Below are positions 26,982-37,100 of a stretch of DNA of 52,015 bases, in pieces. Location: positions 1 through 52,015 of the forward strand of contig CAMDDA010000003.1 in assembly GCA_945890755.1 (NCBI GenBank). Direction: 5' to 3'. The translations under genes were made by a program, and so were the position numbers. The notes under the pieces were generated by a model. That model had not been told where the DNA came from and did not search any database. It was given only the letters and a program-made list of their open reading frames with translations. Position 1 is the first letter of the stretch; each line of letters opens with the position of its first letter. This DNA is from Candidatus Kuenenia stuttgartensis. GTDB taxonomy: Bacteria > Planctomycetota > Planctomycetia > Pirellulales > UBA1268.

Positions 26982-29539
26982 GGCCGGCGCTCCGGGCCGG
27001 CGTTCTCGAGAAGGGGCTCGATCGCTGCCGGCAGTTCGCCCCCAAGATCACGAAACCGGGCAAAATCGGCGATCGCCTCTGGCTTTTTGCCCGTTCTCAG
27101 CATCACGACCCCACGATTGAAATATGCCTGCCGGAAGTCAGGGTCGACGATAATCGCCGCGTCGTAGTCGGCGATGCCGGCGGCGATCCGGCCCCGTTCG
27201 ACGTGGAAGTTGCCCCGGTTGTAGAGGGGCTCCGCAGATTTCGGTGCCAGCCGGATCGCCCTTTGGAAGGCCTTCACGGCATCTTCTTCGCGGCCGCTGC
27301 CGGCGTAGGCGAGTGCTAGGCGACCCCAAGCGACTGGGTGCACGTCGTCGATGCTACAGGCCTCGATGAGCAGCGGAATCGCCTCGGCTGTTCGGCCATC
27401 GTCGAGGAGCGCGTCGCTGCGCCGGACAATCGCTGCGACCGCCGCGTTGCGATCGTTGCTCCAGCAATCCGGGCGGAGTTCGGCTGGCGGTTCCGTCAGA
27501 GCCGCGTGAAGCTCGGCTGTAGACAGGGCAAAGATCAGGATCGAGCCGCCCACGGAAGCATCCGGCGGGTGGTGTCGGAGGTACGCCCGGAGCCGCGCCG
27601 CTTGGAGCACCGTGAAGGCATACGTCGCGAGATCGTGGGGCGTGGCATCGTCGAGACCCCCGAGGGCCAGGTCTGCAGGCTCCACGGTATCGGGACTGAA
27701 GACACCGGGGTCTTCCTGGACAACGCTGTCAGCGGCCATAGGCTGACCCGGCGGGACTACGGTTCGTCGAACATACGCGCGTGCCAGTTGATATGTCTTT
27801 TCATGTCGCTCGCACCACCATGCCGCGGGGCGCTCGTACACCGCCTGCAGGGACGACGCACTGATGCAGTACAGGCCCGGCTGCAACGTCTGCGGGGTTC
27901 CCGTTGCGGGCGCGAGAGCGAGAATCTCCGCATTGGGAAGCGTCTCGTCTGGCAGGCCGCTGCCGAAGTAATCAAGGTAAACTCGTGCTTGGCCGGAGGC
28001 ATGATTCTCGAGCCACGTGCGGAGTCGCAGCAGATCCTGGCCCCAGTCGAGATTCGAGTCCACGAGCCATTGATACTCGCGGCCACGGGGCACGATCTGG
28101 TTGAAGTAGGCGAGCGTAGAGGGCCAGCGGCTGGTGACGTCGCCAGCGTGGAGGGCGAGCAGGACGACAACGGCCCTCCAGACCCACACCGACGCCGCCG
28201 CGGCAAGGGTTCCACCGGCCAGCACCATGAGCGGCGGGTAGGAGGGCAACAGATGGCGTTCGCCGATATTCAGGTGGCTCGTGAGGAACGTGGGCCAGAG
28301 GACGACCAAGATGCCGAGGGGCGCGAGGCTGGCGTAGGCCGTGGGACTCGGCGGCATCCACCGGACAAGGCTAGAACTCAGGCCGCGGCACGCGCTGCCC
28401 ACGCCCCATAGCGACAGCACGAGCGAAGGTAGCGTGTTCTTGATCGCCAAGCAGAGCGGGAAATACCACCACCAGCCGTCGATCGAATACTGCCCGATTG
28501 CGAAGGCGTTGCGGATCCGCACCGTCGCGCCGACGTAACTCAACCCGTAGATCCAGCCCTCGGGCAGGAGCCGCCAGGCGGCGAGGAGATCGCACAGTCG
28601 GCCGATTCCGCCGGCGTGCGCGTTGCACGATTCCAGCGTTGTGTAGCGACGATACTCGAGCGGACCGCAGCCAGGCCCGGCGGCGTCGTAACGAAACCCG
28701 CACGATGCCCAGATAAAAAACACGGCGGCCGCGAGCGGGACGAGCAGTGACCCGAATGCAAGGGCGGTCCGCTGCCCGCGGCCGTGGACGACCGCCTTCC
28801 ACGGGCCGAGATCGATGACGAGTGGCCGGCTCAGGGCGGCGATCGCGGCGAGATACAAAAGCGCGAGCGGTGCGAGCATCACGCTCGAATGCTTGGCGAT
28901 CGGGGCGAGGCCGAGGGCGAAGCAGGCGGCCGCGAGCGTGCCGGGCGTGATCCGGTGGAACAGTGCCCAGAGCGACCAGGCGCCGAGCGTAAAGAAGAGG
29001 GCTCCGCAGGCGTCGCTCGTGGCGAGCGGCCCATGGGCGACGAGGGCGGGCCAGAAGGCGGCGAGCGTGAGAGAGACGAGGCCACCGGAGGTGCCGAAGA
29101 TCGACCGCGACCAGAGGAACACGACAAGGCACAGGGCCGTGGACCAGACCGTGGCCATTGCCCGGGAGGCGGCGAGCATCGCCTGCGGATCGTTGCCGCA
29201 GGTGTAGAGGTATTGCCGGCCGAGGAGGATCGCCTCGCTCTCCCGCCACACGGTTTGGTCGAGCGACGGAAAACTCAGATTCATGAAGAGCAGCGGGATC
29301 GCGCACCACCGCTGCGGGAGGTTGCCGTTTTCGGGCTGGAGCCGGTAGTCGTCGAGCGTCCAGTAGGCGACGCCGGCCACCATGTGAAGCGGCTCGTCGA
29401 ACGTGGTCGAGGCGCCGAGGGTGGCTGTGTAGGCGAGCACGTAGTGGGCGGCGAGAAGGGCGATGACGGCCGCCACAATCCAGAGGTGCCGAGGCAAGCC
29501 TGGGACTTGCTCAGACTCACGCGAGGTTCGGGCTTCCAT
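26978..29539 (-). CDS. PMT/ArnT-like GT-C glycosyltransferase with C-terminal TPRs (paralog of the adjacent gene)
   Basis: TTFDEPLH, PENGNLPQRW, HGPLATSD, AKHS, LNIGERHLLP, DSNLDWGQDL; about four TPRs (YNRG, YFNRG). Confidence 0.82.
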   Translation of the reverse strand: MEARTSRESEQVPGLPRHLWIVAAVIALLAAHYVLAYTATLGASTTFDEPLHMVAGVAYWTLDDYRLQPENGNLPQRWCAIPLLFMNLSFPSLDQTVWRESEAILLGRQYLYTCGNDPQAMLAASRAMATVWSTALCLVVFLWSRSIFGTSGGLVSLTLAAFWPALVAHGPLATSDACGALFFTLGAWSLWALFHRITPGTLAAACFALGLAPIAKHSSVMLAPLALLYLAAIAALSRPLVIDLGPWKAVVHGRGQRTALAFGSLLVPLAAAVFFIWASCGFRYDAAGPGCGPLEYRRYTTLESCNAHAGGIGRLCDLLAAWRLLPEGWIYGLSYVGATVRIRNAFAIGQYSIDGWWWYFPLCLAIKNTLPSLVLSLWGVGSACRGLSSSLVRWMPPSPTAYASLAPLGILVVLWPTFLTSHLNIGERHLLPSYPPLMVLAGGTLAAAASVWVWRAVVVLLALHAGDVTSRWPSTLAYFNQIVPRGREYQWLVDSNLDWGQDLLRLRTWLENHASGQARVYLDYFGSGLPDETLPNAEILALAPATGTPQTLQPGLYCISASSLQAVYERPAAWWCERHEKTYQLARAYVRRTVVPPGQPMAADSVVQEDPGVFSPDTVEPADLALGGLDDATPHDLATYAFTVLQAARLRAYLRHHPPDASVGGSILIFALSTAELHAALTEPPAELRPDCWSNDRNAAVAAIVRRSDALLDDGRTAEAIPLLIEACSIDDVHPVAWGRLALAYAGSGREEDAVKAFQRAIRLAPKSAEPLYNRGNFHVERGRIAAGIADYDAAIIVDPDFRQAYFNRGVVMLRTGKKPEAIADFARFRDLGGELPAAIEPLLENAGPERRP

Positions 29540-29542
29540 CGA

Positions 29543-30547
29543 TCACTCCGTGGCCAGCGGAGTGCGGCCTGCGACGGCGGCGTGATCTTCTGGAAGCACG
29601 TAATCCCGCCAGTCGCGGTGGGGCAGGAAGTTGGCGGCGCTGCGGTTGCCGAGGACGAACACGGCCAAAAGCAGGCTCACGATCCCGAGCAGCAGGCCGC
29701 CGATCACGAGCATGCCCGCGGTGAACGTCGCCCAGCCGGGGATGGCCGCCGTCGTGAAGAGCCGGATCGCGAGCACGGCGCCGAGCGCGGCCACGACCGC
29801 CGCCATCAGCCCGGCCACGATCACAAACAACCGCGACACGATCACGTCGCTCCACACCGAAAGCGCACAGATGCCGTGCATCACGAGCGACGGCAGATTC
29901 ATCTTCGATTCACCGGCGAGCCGGCGGCCGCGGGCGATCGGCACCTGCATGACCGGAATCCGGGCGTGGTACACGCCGGCCGCGTAGTGGTTCCAGATCT
30001 CCGAGACGCCCACCACCCGCTCGAGGACCGGCCGCGGCAGGACGCTGAAGTTGCCCACCTTCACGTCGCGGCCAACGAACAGCCTGTGCAGCAGGCGAAA
30101 CGTCCGGTAGCCGACCATGAATCCAGCGCCGTCATGCCGCTTGAGCCGCTCGGCGAACACAGCTGTGTGGGGCGAGCCGTCTGTCGCTGTGGCGAGCAAC
30201 TCGGGCAGCGAAGACGGGCAGTCTTCACCGTCGCCATCCATCACCACGGCGTAGTCAGCATCGGTCTCGGCGGCAATGAACGACAGTCCGATCGCGATCG
30301 CCCGTTGGTGGCCGAGGTTGCGACGCAGCCGGAGGACTTCGACGGCGGGGATGTGCGGCGTCGGGCCGGGCAGGGCCGCGCACTCCTCGTGCCGCGAGCC
30401 GTCGTCCACAAACACCACGGCAAAGTCGTAGGGCAGCGACGCGGCGACGGCGTCAAGCTTGTCGAGGAGGAGCGCGGCGCTCTTCGCGTCGTTGAAGACG
30501 GGGATGCAGACGACGACGGAGGGCTGACGTGTCTTCAGGCCGTGCAT
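29543..30547 (-). CDS. GT2 glycosyltransferase, GtrB/ArnC-like with two C-terminal TM helices
   Basis: IPVFND, VDDGS, LRRNLGHQRAI, MDGDGED, R-x-x-GESKM, then two TM helices with IPGWAT. Confidence 0.9.
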   Translation of the reverse strand: MHGLKTRQPSVVVCIPVFNDAKSAALLLDKLDAVAASLPYDFAVVFVDDGSRHEECAALPGPTPHIPAVEVLRLRRNLGHQRAIAIGLSFIAAETDADYAVVMDGDGEDCPSSLPELLATATDGSPHTAVFAERLKRHDGAGFMVGYRTFRLLHRLFVGRDVKVGNFSVLPRPVLERVVGVSEIWNHYAAGVYHARIPVMQVPIARGRRLAGESKMNLPSLVMHGICALSVWSDVIVSRLFVIVAGLMAAVVAALGAVLAIRLFTTAAIPGWATFTAGMLVIGGLLLGIVSLLLAVFVLGNRSAANFLPHRDWRDYVLPEDHAAVAGRTPLATE

Positions 30548-30585
30548 GGCGCGGGCTTCAGGGCTGGCGGGGCGGGTCTGGTAGC

Positions 30586-32649
30586 TCAGGGCTTTGTGGC
30601 GAGGCCGACGAGGGCGAGCACGGCCGCGGGAGCCTCGCCTCCGAGTCGGATGAACGCTTCGATATCGGCTCGTGCCTCGGCCGGGCGACCGCCGCGGATC
30701 AGAAGCACAGCTCGATTGTAATAGGCGTCGCGGAAGGCCGAATCGACCGCGAGGGCGGATGAAAAGTCGGCGATGGCGGCGACGGGCTGACCCGCTTCGG
30801 CGTGCAGCCGGCCGCGGTTGTAGACCGCCTCGGCATCGTTCGGATCGCAGGTCACCGCCCGATTGAACGCGTCGAGGGCGGCGGCCCGGTCGCCCCGTTC
30901 CTGCCGGGCGATGCCGAGATGATCCCAGCCCTTGGCATACTTCGGATCGACTTCGACCGACCGGGTGAACGATTGCTCCGCTTCCGCCGGCCGGCCGAGG
31001 TCGAGGAGCACGTTGCCGCGATTGAGCCAGGCGGGTGCGATCTGGTCGTCGAGGGCCAGCGCCTGATCGAGCGCGGCGAGAGCCTCTGGCAACCGGCCGA
31101 GCTTCCAGAGAACGTAGCCGCGGTCAGCGAGAGCGGTCGCGTCGTCGGGCGTGATCTCGAGGACGGCATCGATTGCGGCGAGTGCCTCGGGGTATTGCTC
31201 CCGCGCCTTGGCGAGCGAGCCAAGATTGACGTTGTAGACCTTGGGATACCGCCCCGTCTCCGCCACCCTCGCCAAGAGCCGCTCGGCTTCCACGAGTGAT
31301 GCGGGATCCTTCTTGCCGATCAGCTTTGCTGCGAGGTTGATCATCGCCCGCTCGTTCCGCGGTTCGGCCGCCAGGGCCCTGCGCCAGAGAATCTCGGGGG
31401 TGATGAACTCGCGGTTGCGGGCCACCGTCGAGAGGCCAAGCGCAAGGGCGACCGCGGTTGCAGCCAGGCCGCAGAATCGCGGCGAGAGGGCGAGCCGCGC
31501 CCGGGCGACAAGCCAGGCCGCCGCGACGGCTGGCAGGATTAGGGCCGCGCTCGCGAGATACGCCCGATGCTCCGCGATCGTCTGCGTCTTGACCGGGATC
31601 ACCGACGACGTCGGCCCAAGGAGCACGAAGAACAGAAGCGGCCCGAGAAAGGCGACCGGAAACTTCGCGAAGCCATAGGCCACTCCGGCAAACACCGCTG
31701 CCGTCAGCACGAGCCAGCCCCCGGATTCAGCCAGCCCCGACGAGAGAAAATCACCGTAGTCGAAGACGAGCCCCTGCGGCCACACGATCCGAGCGACATA
31801 CAGCCAGATCGCCTTCGCCTGCGTGAGCAGGTAAAGCCAGGGAGAGGCCGAGTCGAGTCCCGCCGACGACCCGCGGCCTCCCAGCGCCGTCAGCATGAGC
31901 GCCACGCTTGGCCAGGAGGCCGCCGCCGCCAGGTGCCACGGCCAGTGGCTGCGCGTGCCCCGCCAGGAGCCCGAGAGCAGTGACCGATCGATGAGGAGCG
32001 TGATGAACGGGATCGCCACGCTCGTCTCCTTGGCCGTGCCCGCCAGGGCCGAGAGCAGCGCGACGAACGGCAGGGCCCACGTCTTGCCGCCGGCGTCGGC
32101 TGCGAGCATCCCCCGCACCGCCACGAGCACCGTCGCGAGGATCATCAATGCTCCAAGCGACTCGGCCCGCTGGATGACGTAGGTGACGGCACTCGTGCCC
32201 AGTGGATGCACCGCCCAGAACAAGGCCGCTGCGAACGCGATCTCGCCGGCCCGCTCCCGGACGGTCGCCGGCACCGCGGGCCGCTTGAGCAACAACCTGG
32301 CCACTGCCAAGAGCAGCACCGCGTTACCGCAGTGAATGAAAATGTTCACCACGCGAAAGCCCACGGGCGACATGCCCGTCACCACCCGATTGACGGCCAG
32401 CGAGAGATTCAAAAGTGGCCGGCCGTCGATCGTCCGTCCCTCGCCATGCTCGTAGACGAGCACCGGCCAGAGTGGCCAGAGCGAGCGAATCGAGCGATTG
32501 GCCGTGATGCTCGAGGCGTCGTCCATGATGAACGGCGCGGCAAGCCCGCCGGCGTAGGCCAGCCAGATCGCGGCGCAGACAGCCAGGGCCGCGGCGGCCC
32601 GCCGAGATCGCCATCCGGACGGCGGTGCGGAGAGGCTGGGCGACGGCAT
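30586..32649 (-). CDS. TMTC-like GT-C glycosyltransferase with long TPR array
   Basis: FIMDD, GRPLLNLSLAVN, FWAVHPLGTSAVTYVIQRAE, KE, AEHRAYL; multiple TPRs (WLNRG, YNRG, YYNRA). Start re-picked at ATG 32649. Confidence 0.87.
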   Translation of the reverse strand: MPSPSLSAPPSGWRSRRAAAALAVCAAIWLAYAGGLAAPFIMDDASSITANRSIRSLWPLWPVLVYEHGEGRTIDGRPLLNLSLAVNRVVTGMSPVGFRVVNIFIHCGNAVLLLAVARLLLKRPAVPATVRERAGEIAFAAALFWAVHPLGTSAVTYVIQRAESLGALMILATVLVAVRGMLAADAGGKTWALPFVALLSALAGTAKETSVAIPFITLLIDRSLLSGSWRGTRSHWPWHLAAAASWPSVALMLTALGGRGSSAGLDSASPWLYLLTQAKAIWLYVARIVWPQGLVFDYGDFLSSGLAESGGWLVLTAAVFAGVAYGFAKFPVAFLGPLLFFVLLGPTSSVIPVKTQTIAEHRAYLASAALILPAVAAAWLVARARLALSPRFCGLAATAVALALGLSTVARNREFITPEILWRRALAAEPRNERAMINLAAKLIGKKDPASLVEAERLLARVAETGRYPKVYNVNLGSLAKAREQYPEALAAIDAVLEITPDDATALADRGYVLWKLGRLPEALAALDQALALDDQIAPAWLNRGNVLLDLGRPAEAEQSFTRSVEVDPKYAKGWDHLGIARQERGDRAAALDAFNRAVTCDPNDAEAVYNRGRLHAEAGQPVAAIADFSSALAVDSAFRDAYYNRAVLLIRGGRPAEARADIEAFIRLGGEAPAAVLALVGLATKP

Positions 32650-32885
32650 AGCGAGAGAATACCAGCGGTCCCGCGGTGGTTCCCGTTTCGTCAGGAATTG
32701 ATGAGCGGGTTCGGCGATCGTTGGCCGCCGGACTGGAAGGAACGGCGGGCGGTTCACGCGTGCAGCCCATTCCCGGGAATCGACGACAAGGAGGGCTATA
32801 CTCGGACGGCGGCGGGCAGGCATGCTCGTCTGCCCGTGCCACAAACGAAGCGAACTCCCCTGCCCACCGGAATCAGGACCGTCTC

Positions 32886-34106
32886 ATGCGCGACGTCATT
32901 CATGATCAGCCCCCGGCGGGTCGGCCGCGGCGTGCCCGTGCCACTCGGGGCTTCACCCTCGTCGAGATGCTCGTGACGATCGCGATCGTCGGCATCTTGA
33001 TGTCGATCATCCTGCCGTCGCTGCAGGTGGCCCGGGAGACGGCGCGGCGGTCGTCGTGCCTGAGCAACATTGGCCAGATCGCCAAGGCGTTCGCCAATCA
33101 CGACTCGGCCAACTCCCGGCTCCCAGGCTGGCGGAACGCGATTCGATCCTACACGTCGCAGCTCGCCAACGCCGGGAATGGCACGGCCGCCGCCGTGTCG
33201 TGGACCGTGCCCATCCTGCCCGAGTTGGGCAGCCTGCGGCTCTACGATTGGTATGACGACTACACGGGCACCGGCGACAACGCCGCGACGAAGCGGGTGC
33301 CGATCTATCTGTGTCCGACATCGCAGGCCGACATGCAGGTCGATGCCGGACTGTCGTACGCCGTCAACGCCGGCTCCGGTGCCGAGGTGCTCAGCGGCAC
33401 CGGTGCCCCGTATTCGCAGTACCTGGGCGACGGCGCGTTCGTCGATGCGGTCGGCAATGCCGATGCCGACGCCGTGGGGCGGTCGGCCCGGCCCGCGGGT
33501 GTGACGGTCACCTGGGCTGATACCACCGGTGACCGGGTCGCATACACGGCCGCCCGCACGGGTATCTCGCCCATCGCCGATGCCGACGGCGATACGACCA
33601 CGCTGATGCTCGCCGAGCGGGCCGGCGGCATCGCGGAACTGACGCAGATCGCCTGGTCCACGCCGATCCGGGCGGCCCAGCCGCAGGCCACGGCGGTGGC
33701 CAACACCACCGTGGCCGACAAGCCGCACACGTTCGGCATGCCACCGGTGCTCAGCGGCAGCACCACGCCCCAGGCCGTGAACGTCTACCGCGTGATCAAT
33801 CCGTATCCGGTGCCCGCTTCCGCCGGTCTGACGCTCGAGGAAAAACTTGACGTGATCGGCCGCGATGCCGCCTTTCGCTATCCCTCGTCGCGGCACCGCG
33901 GCCAGGGGGCGTGCGTCGCCTTCTGCGACGGCCACACGCAATTTCTCAGCGAGAAGATCGACTCCTGGGTTTACTGCCAGCTCCTGACGGCCGACAGCAA
34001 GCGGCTCAGCAGTCGGGCGTCGGGCTGGCAGACCTACGACCACGACGGGGCGGCGGGAACTGCCAACGTGTCCTATCTGCTGGATATCAAGGATGTCGAA
34101 AAGTAA
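32886..34106 (+). CDS. DUF1559 prepilin-like protein with H-X9-DG motif
   Basis: RG^FTLVEMLVTIAIVGILMSIILPSLQVARETARRSSC-x-SN, SW-x3-ILP, SRHRGQGACVAFCDG. Confidence 0.9.
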   Translation: MRDVIHDQPPAGRPRRARATRGFTLVEMLVTIAIVGILMSIILPSLQVARETARRSSCLSNIGQIAKAFANHDSANSRLPGWRNAIRSYTSQLANAGNGTAAAVSWTVPILPELGSLRLYDWYDDYTGTGDNAATKRVPIYLCPTSQADMQVDAGLSYAVNAGSGAEVLSGTGAPYSQYLGDGAFVDAVGNADADAVGRSARPAGVTVTWADTTGDRVAYTAARTGISPIADADGDTTTLMLAERAGGIAELTQIAWSTPIRAAQPQATAVANTTVADKPHTFGMPPVLSGSTTPQAVNVYRVINPYPVPASAGLTLEEKLDVIGRDAAFRYPSSRHRGQGACVAFCDGHTQFLSEKIDSWVYCQLLTADSKRLSSRASGWQTYDHDGAAGTANVSYLLDIKDVEK

Positions 34107-34171
34107 GCCGCGTCGCGGCTGAATCTGTCATGACCGCGGCTTCGACAGGCGGTGAAGGAGGCTCGAGAACG

Positions 34172-37100
34172 ATGCGACGGTGGTGCCCCAGAGCGTGGAA
34201 CCGGGCGACGGCTGGACGACCCAGTGGCCCGAGCAGTGGCGGGTGGACCTGGGGCCTGGCGGCTGCGGTGCTGTGCATCGCCGTCGCAAGCGGTCTGCCG
34301 GCGACGGCGCTCGCGCGGGACGTGCGGGTCGAGGCGGCCCTCGAGGAGGCGGCGAAGCTCCACGAGGCCGGCGACAGCGAGGGTGCGCTCGGCGTCCTGC
34401 GCAAGACCACGGCGGTGATCAGGAAAGAAAAAGGGGCCAGTGACCCCGACTTGCTCCCGATCCTCGACATGGCAGGCCTCATCCTCTTCGAACAGGAGAA
34501 ACTCACCGAGGCCGAGGGACCGCTCTCGAAAGCCGTGACGCTGCGGGAGCCGCTGCTCTCCGATCGGCCGGGGCAATTCGAGGTGGAACAGGCCTCGACG
34601 CTTTTGCTGCTCGGAAAACTGCATGCGTCTGCGGGCCGGCTCGATCAGATGGTCGATTCGCTGGTCAAGGCCGTCGTGATGTTCGACTCCGCGCTCGGTG
34701 CCGAGCATGAGCGGACGCTCCAGGCGCGGGGCGAGCTCGTGCGGGCGGTGGATCTCTTCACGCAGCAGCTCGGGCCCGATCACGAAGCCACCATCAAGGC
34801 CAACGAAGAGCTGGCCAAGGTGCACGAGACCCTGGGGGACTACACGGCCGCAGTGGCGACGCTGCGGGCTCGGTATGACGGCGAGGCGCAACGCAGCGGG
34901 CCGGGGGCCGGCGAGACGCTCCGCGCTGCGACGGCACTCGGCCGCGTGCTCGCACTCGAAGGCAAGGAGGACGACGCCATCGCGGTGATGACACAGGCGG
35001 CCGAGGCCGCGGAGGCGGATCGCGATGCCGATGCGGTGGCGGTCGTCGAGCTGCTCAGGCAGCTCGCCGAACTTCATGCCGACCTCGAGGACTATTCGCC
35101 GGCCGAGGCGGCGCTTGACCGGGCCCATGCGATCGACGCCCAGACCGCTGGCAGCGACGGCGTCGAGGCCGCCCTCGACGACCTGCTCATGGAACGCATG
35201 GCGGCCCTGCGGGGTGATTTCGACCCGGCCGGAGACGGCTTCGCGCGGGCGACGGCTCGGTTTCAGGAGCTCGCCCGAGAGGGGGATCACCGGGCGGGCC
35301 GTGGCCTCCGGCTGGCGGGCGACGCCTGCCGCGAGGCGGGGCTCACGAATGAAGCCGCCGGTTTCTACCAGACGGCACTCGAGGCCGATGAACGGATCAT
35401 GGGGCCGCAGGACGCCGGCACTGCCGAGGACCAGCTCGGACTGGGCCGCTGCCTCCTCGCCAGCGGCGACGCCGAGGTGGCCCGGCCGCTGCTTGAACAG
35501 GCGGCGAAGACGCTCAGGCGGAAACTCGGGCCCACGCATCCTTCGACTCTCGCGGCGATGGTCGCGCTGGCTTCGGCCACCGTGAAGGCGGGCCAGGCCG
35601 ATGCCGCCGCCGAAATGGTCGGCCGCCTGATCGACCGTCGCGTGCCCCGCGAAGGCAGGCGGGAAGACGAAGAACTCGCCCGCGTCGTGGACGGGGCCGC
35701 CGGCATCCTGTCGGCTGCCGGTCGCGGCAAGGAAGCCGAGAAGCTTCGCGGCGATTTCCTGCGGCTGCGGGTACGGCAGTTTGGCGAAGACCATCCATAC
35801 GTGGCCGACGCCTACGTGAACCTCGCCAACGCCCGTCAGGCGGCCAACGCCTGGGGTGATGCCCTCGCCCTGTATCGACAGGGCGTGGAGCGGCGCGAGG
35901 CCGTTTTGGGAGCAAGCCATCCCGACGTGGCGGCGGCGCTGCTGCCGATGGCGCGGGCGCACCGGGCCCTCAAGCAGCATGCCGAGGCGGTGGACGTGCT
36001 CAGGCGGGCCTTGGCGATCTGGGAGAATGCCGCGGGGCCTGATCACCCGGTCGCGCTGGCGACGGTCAAGCAACTGGCCCTCGCCCAGCTCACCGCCGGC
36101 GACAGACCCGCCGCGGTGGCCTCGATGGAGCGGCTGCTGGCAGCCTACGAACAAGACCCCGAGACGCCGCCCGACGACGTCGTGAAGCTGCTTTCGAAGC
36201 TCGCTGAACTCAAGCATGCGCTCGGCGAAGAAGATGCCGCCCGGCGGCATGTGAGGCGGGCCGTGGAAATCGAGACCTCGCTTGCAGGTGACGCGACGAC
36301 ATCCGATCAGGCGAGCGATCTGGCCGAACTGGCTCGGGTGCAGCGGATGCTGGGAGATGAAGAGGCGGCCCAGGCAAATTTGCAGACCGCCCGGGCGATC
36401 GCCGCCCAACTGGCCGATTCGCAGGCCAAGCTGCAGCAGATCGAGGCGATCGCGTCGCGGCCGGCGGCCCCCCAGGATCGCGACCGCGTGGATGCCGCCG
36501 ACGCAACGGCGACGAGCGTCGCCCCAAAGGGGGCCGGAGATCTGGCGGCCCAAGCCGCGGCCAAGACCGCCGACCGCGTGGTCGAGGATGCCTGGAAGGC
36601 CTTTGCCGCGGGCAAGCCCGAGCAGGCGCGGGCCATGGTGGAGGCCGCGTTGGGCAAGGTGATGAGCGGCGGCCGGGGAGAGGAGCCGATCGCCGCCGAT
36701 CTCTTGATCGCCCAGGCCGACATGCGAGACACCCCGCTCGACACCACCGCCTACGAGCAGTACGCCAGGGCGTTGGCCATTCGCGAAAAACGTCTCGGGC
36801 CGGCGGCGGCCCCGACCCTCGTGGCGGCACTGCGGACCATAGGCATGCTGCTGCTCGCCGATCCCCCCGCGGCGGAACGACTGCTGGATACCGTGGGAGA
36901 CCGGCTTTCCAGTGCCGAGGGTGACCGCACCGCCGTGGCGGCGGCCGTGAGACATGCAGGCCGCATCGCCGCGGCTGCCCGAAATCCGGCCGCGGCTGCG
37001 CGGCTCGCCGACATGCTGGTGGTCGTCGGCGATTCCGCGACGCCGGCACCGCTGATCGAGGCGCTCGAGGCGACGGCCGACATCGCCCGCCTGCCAGAAG

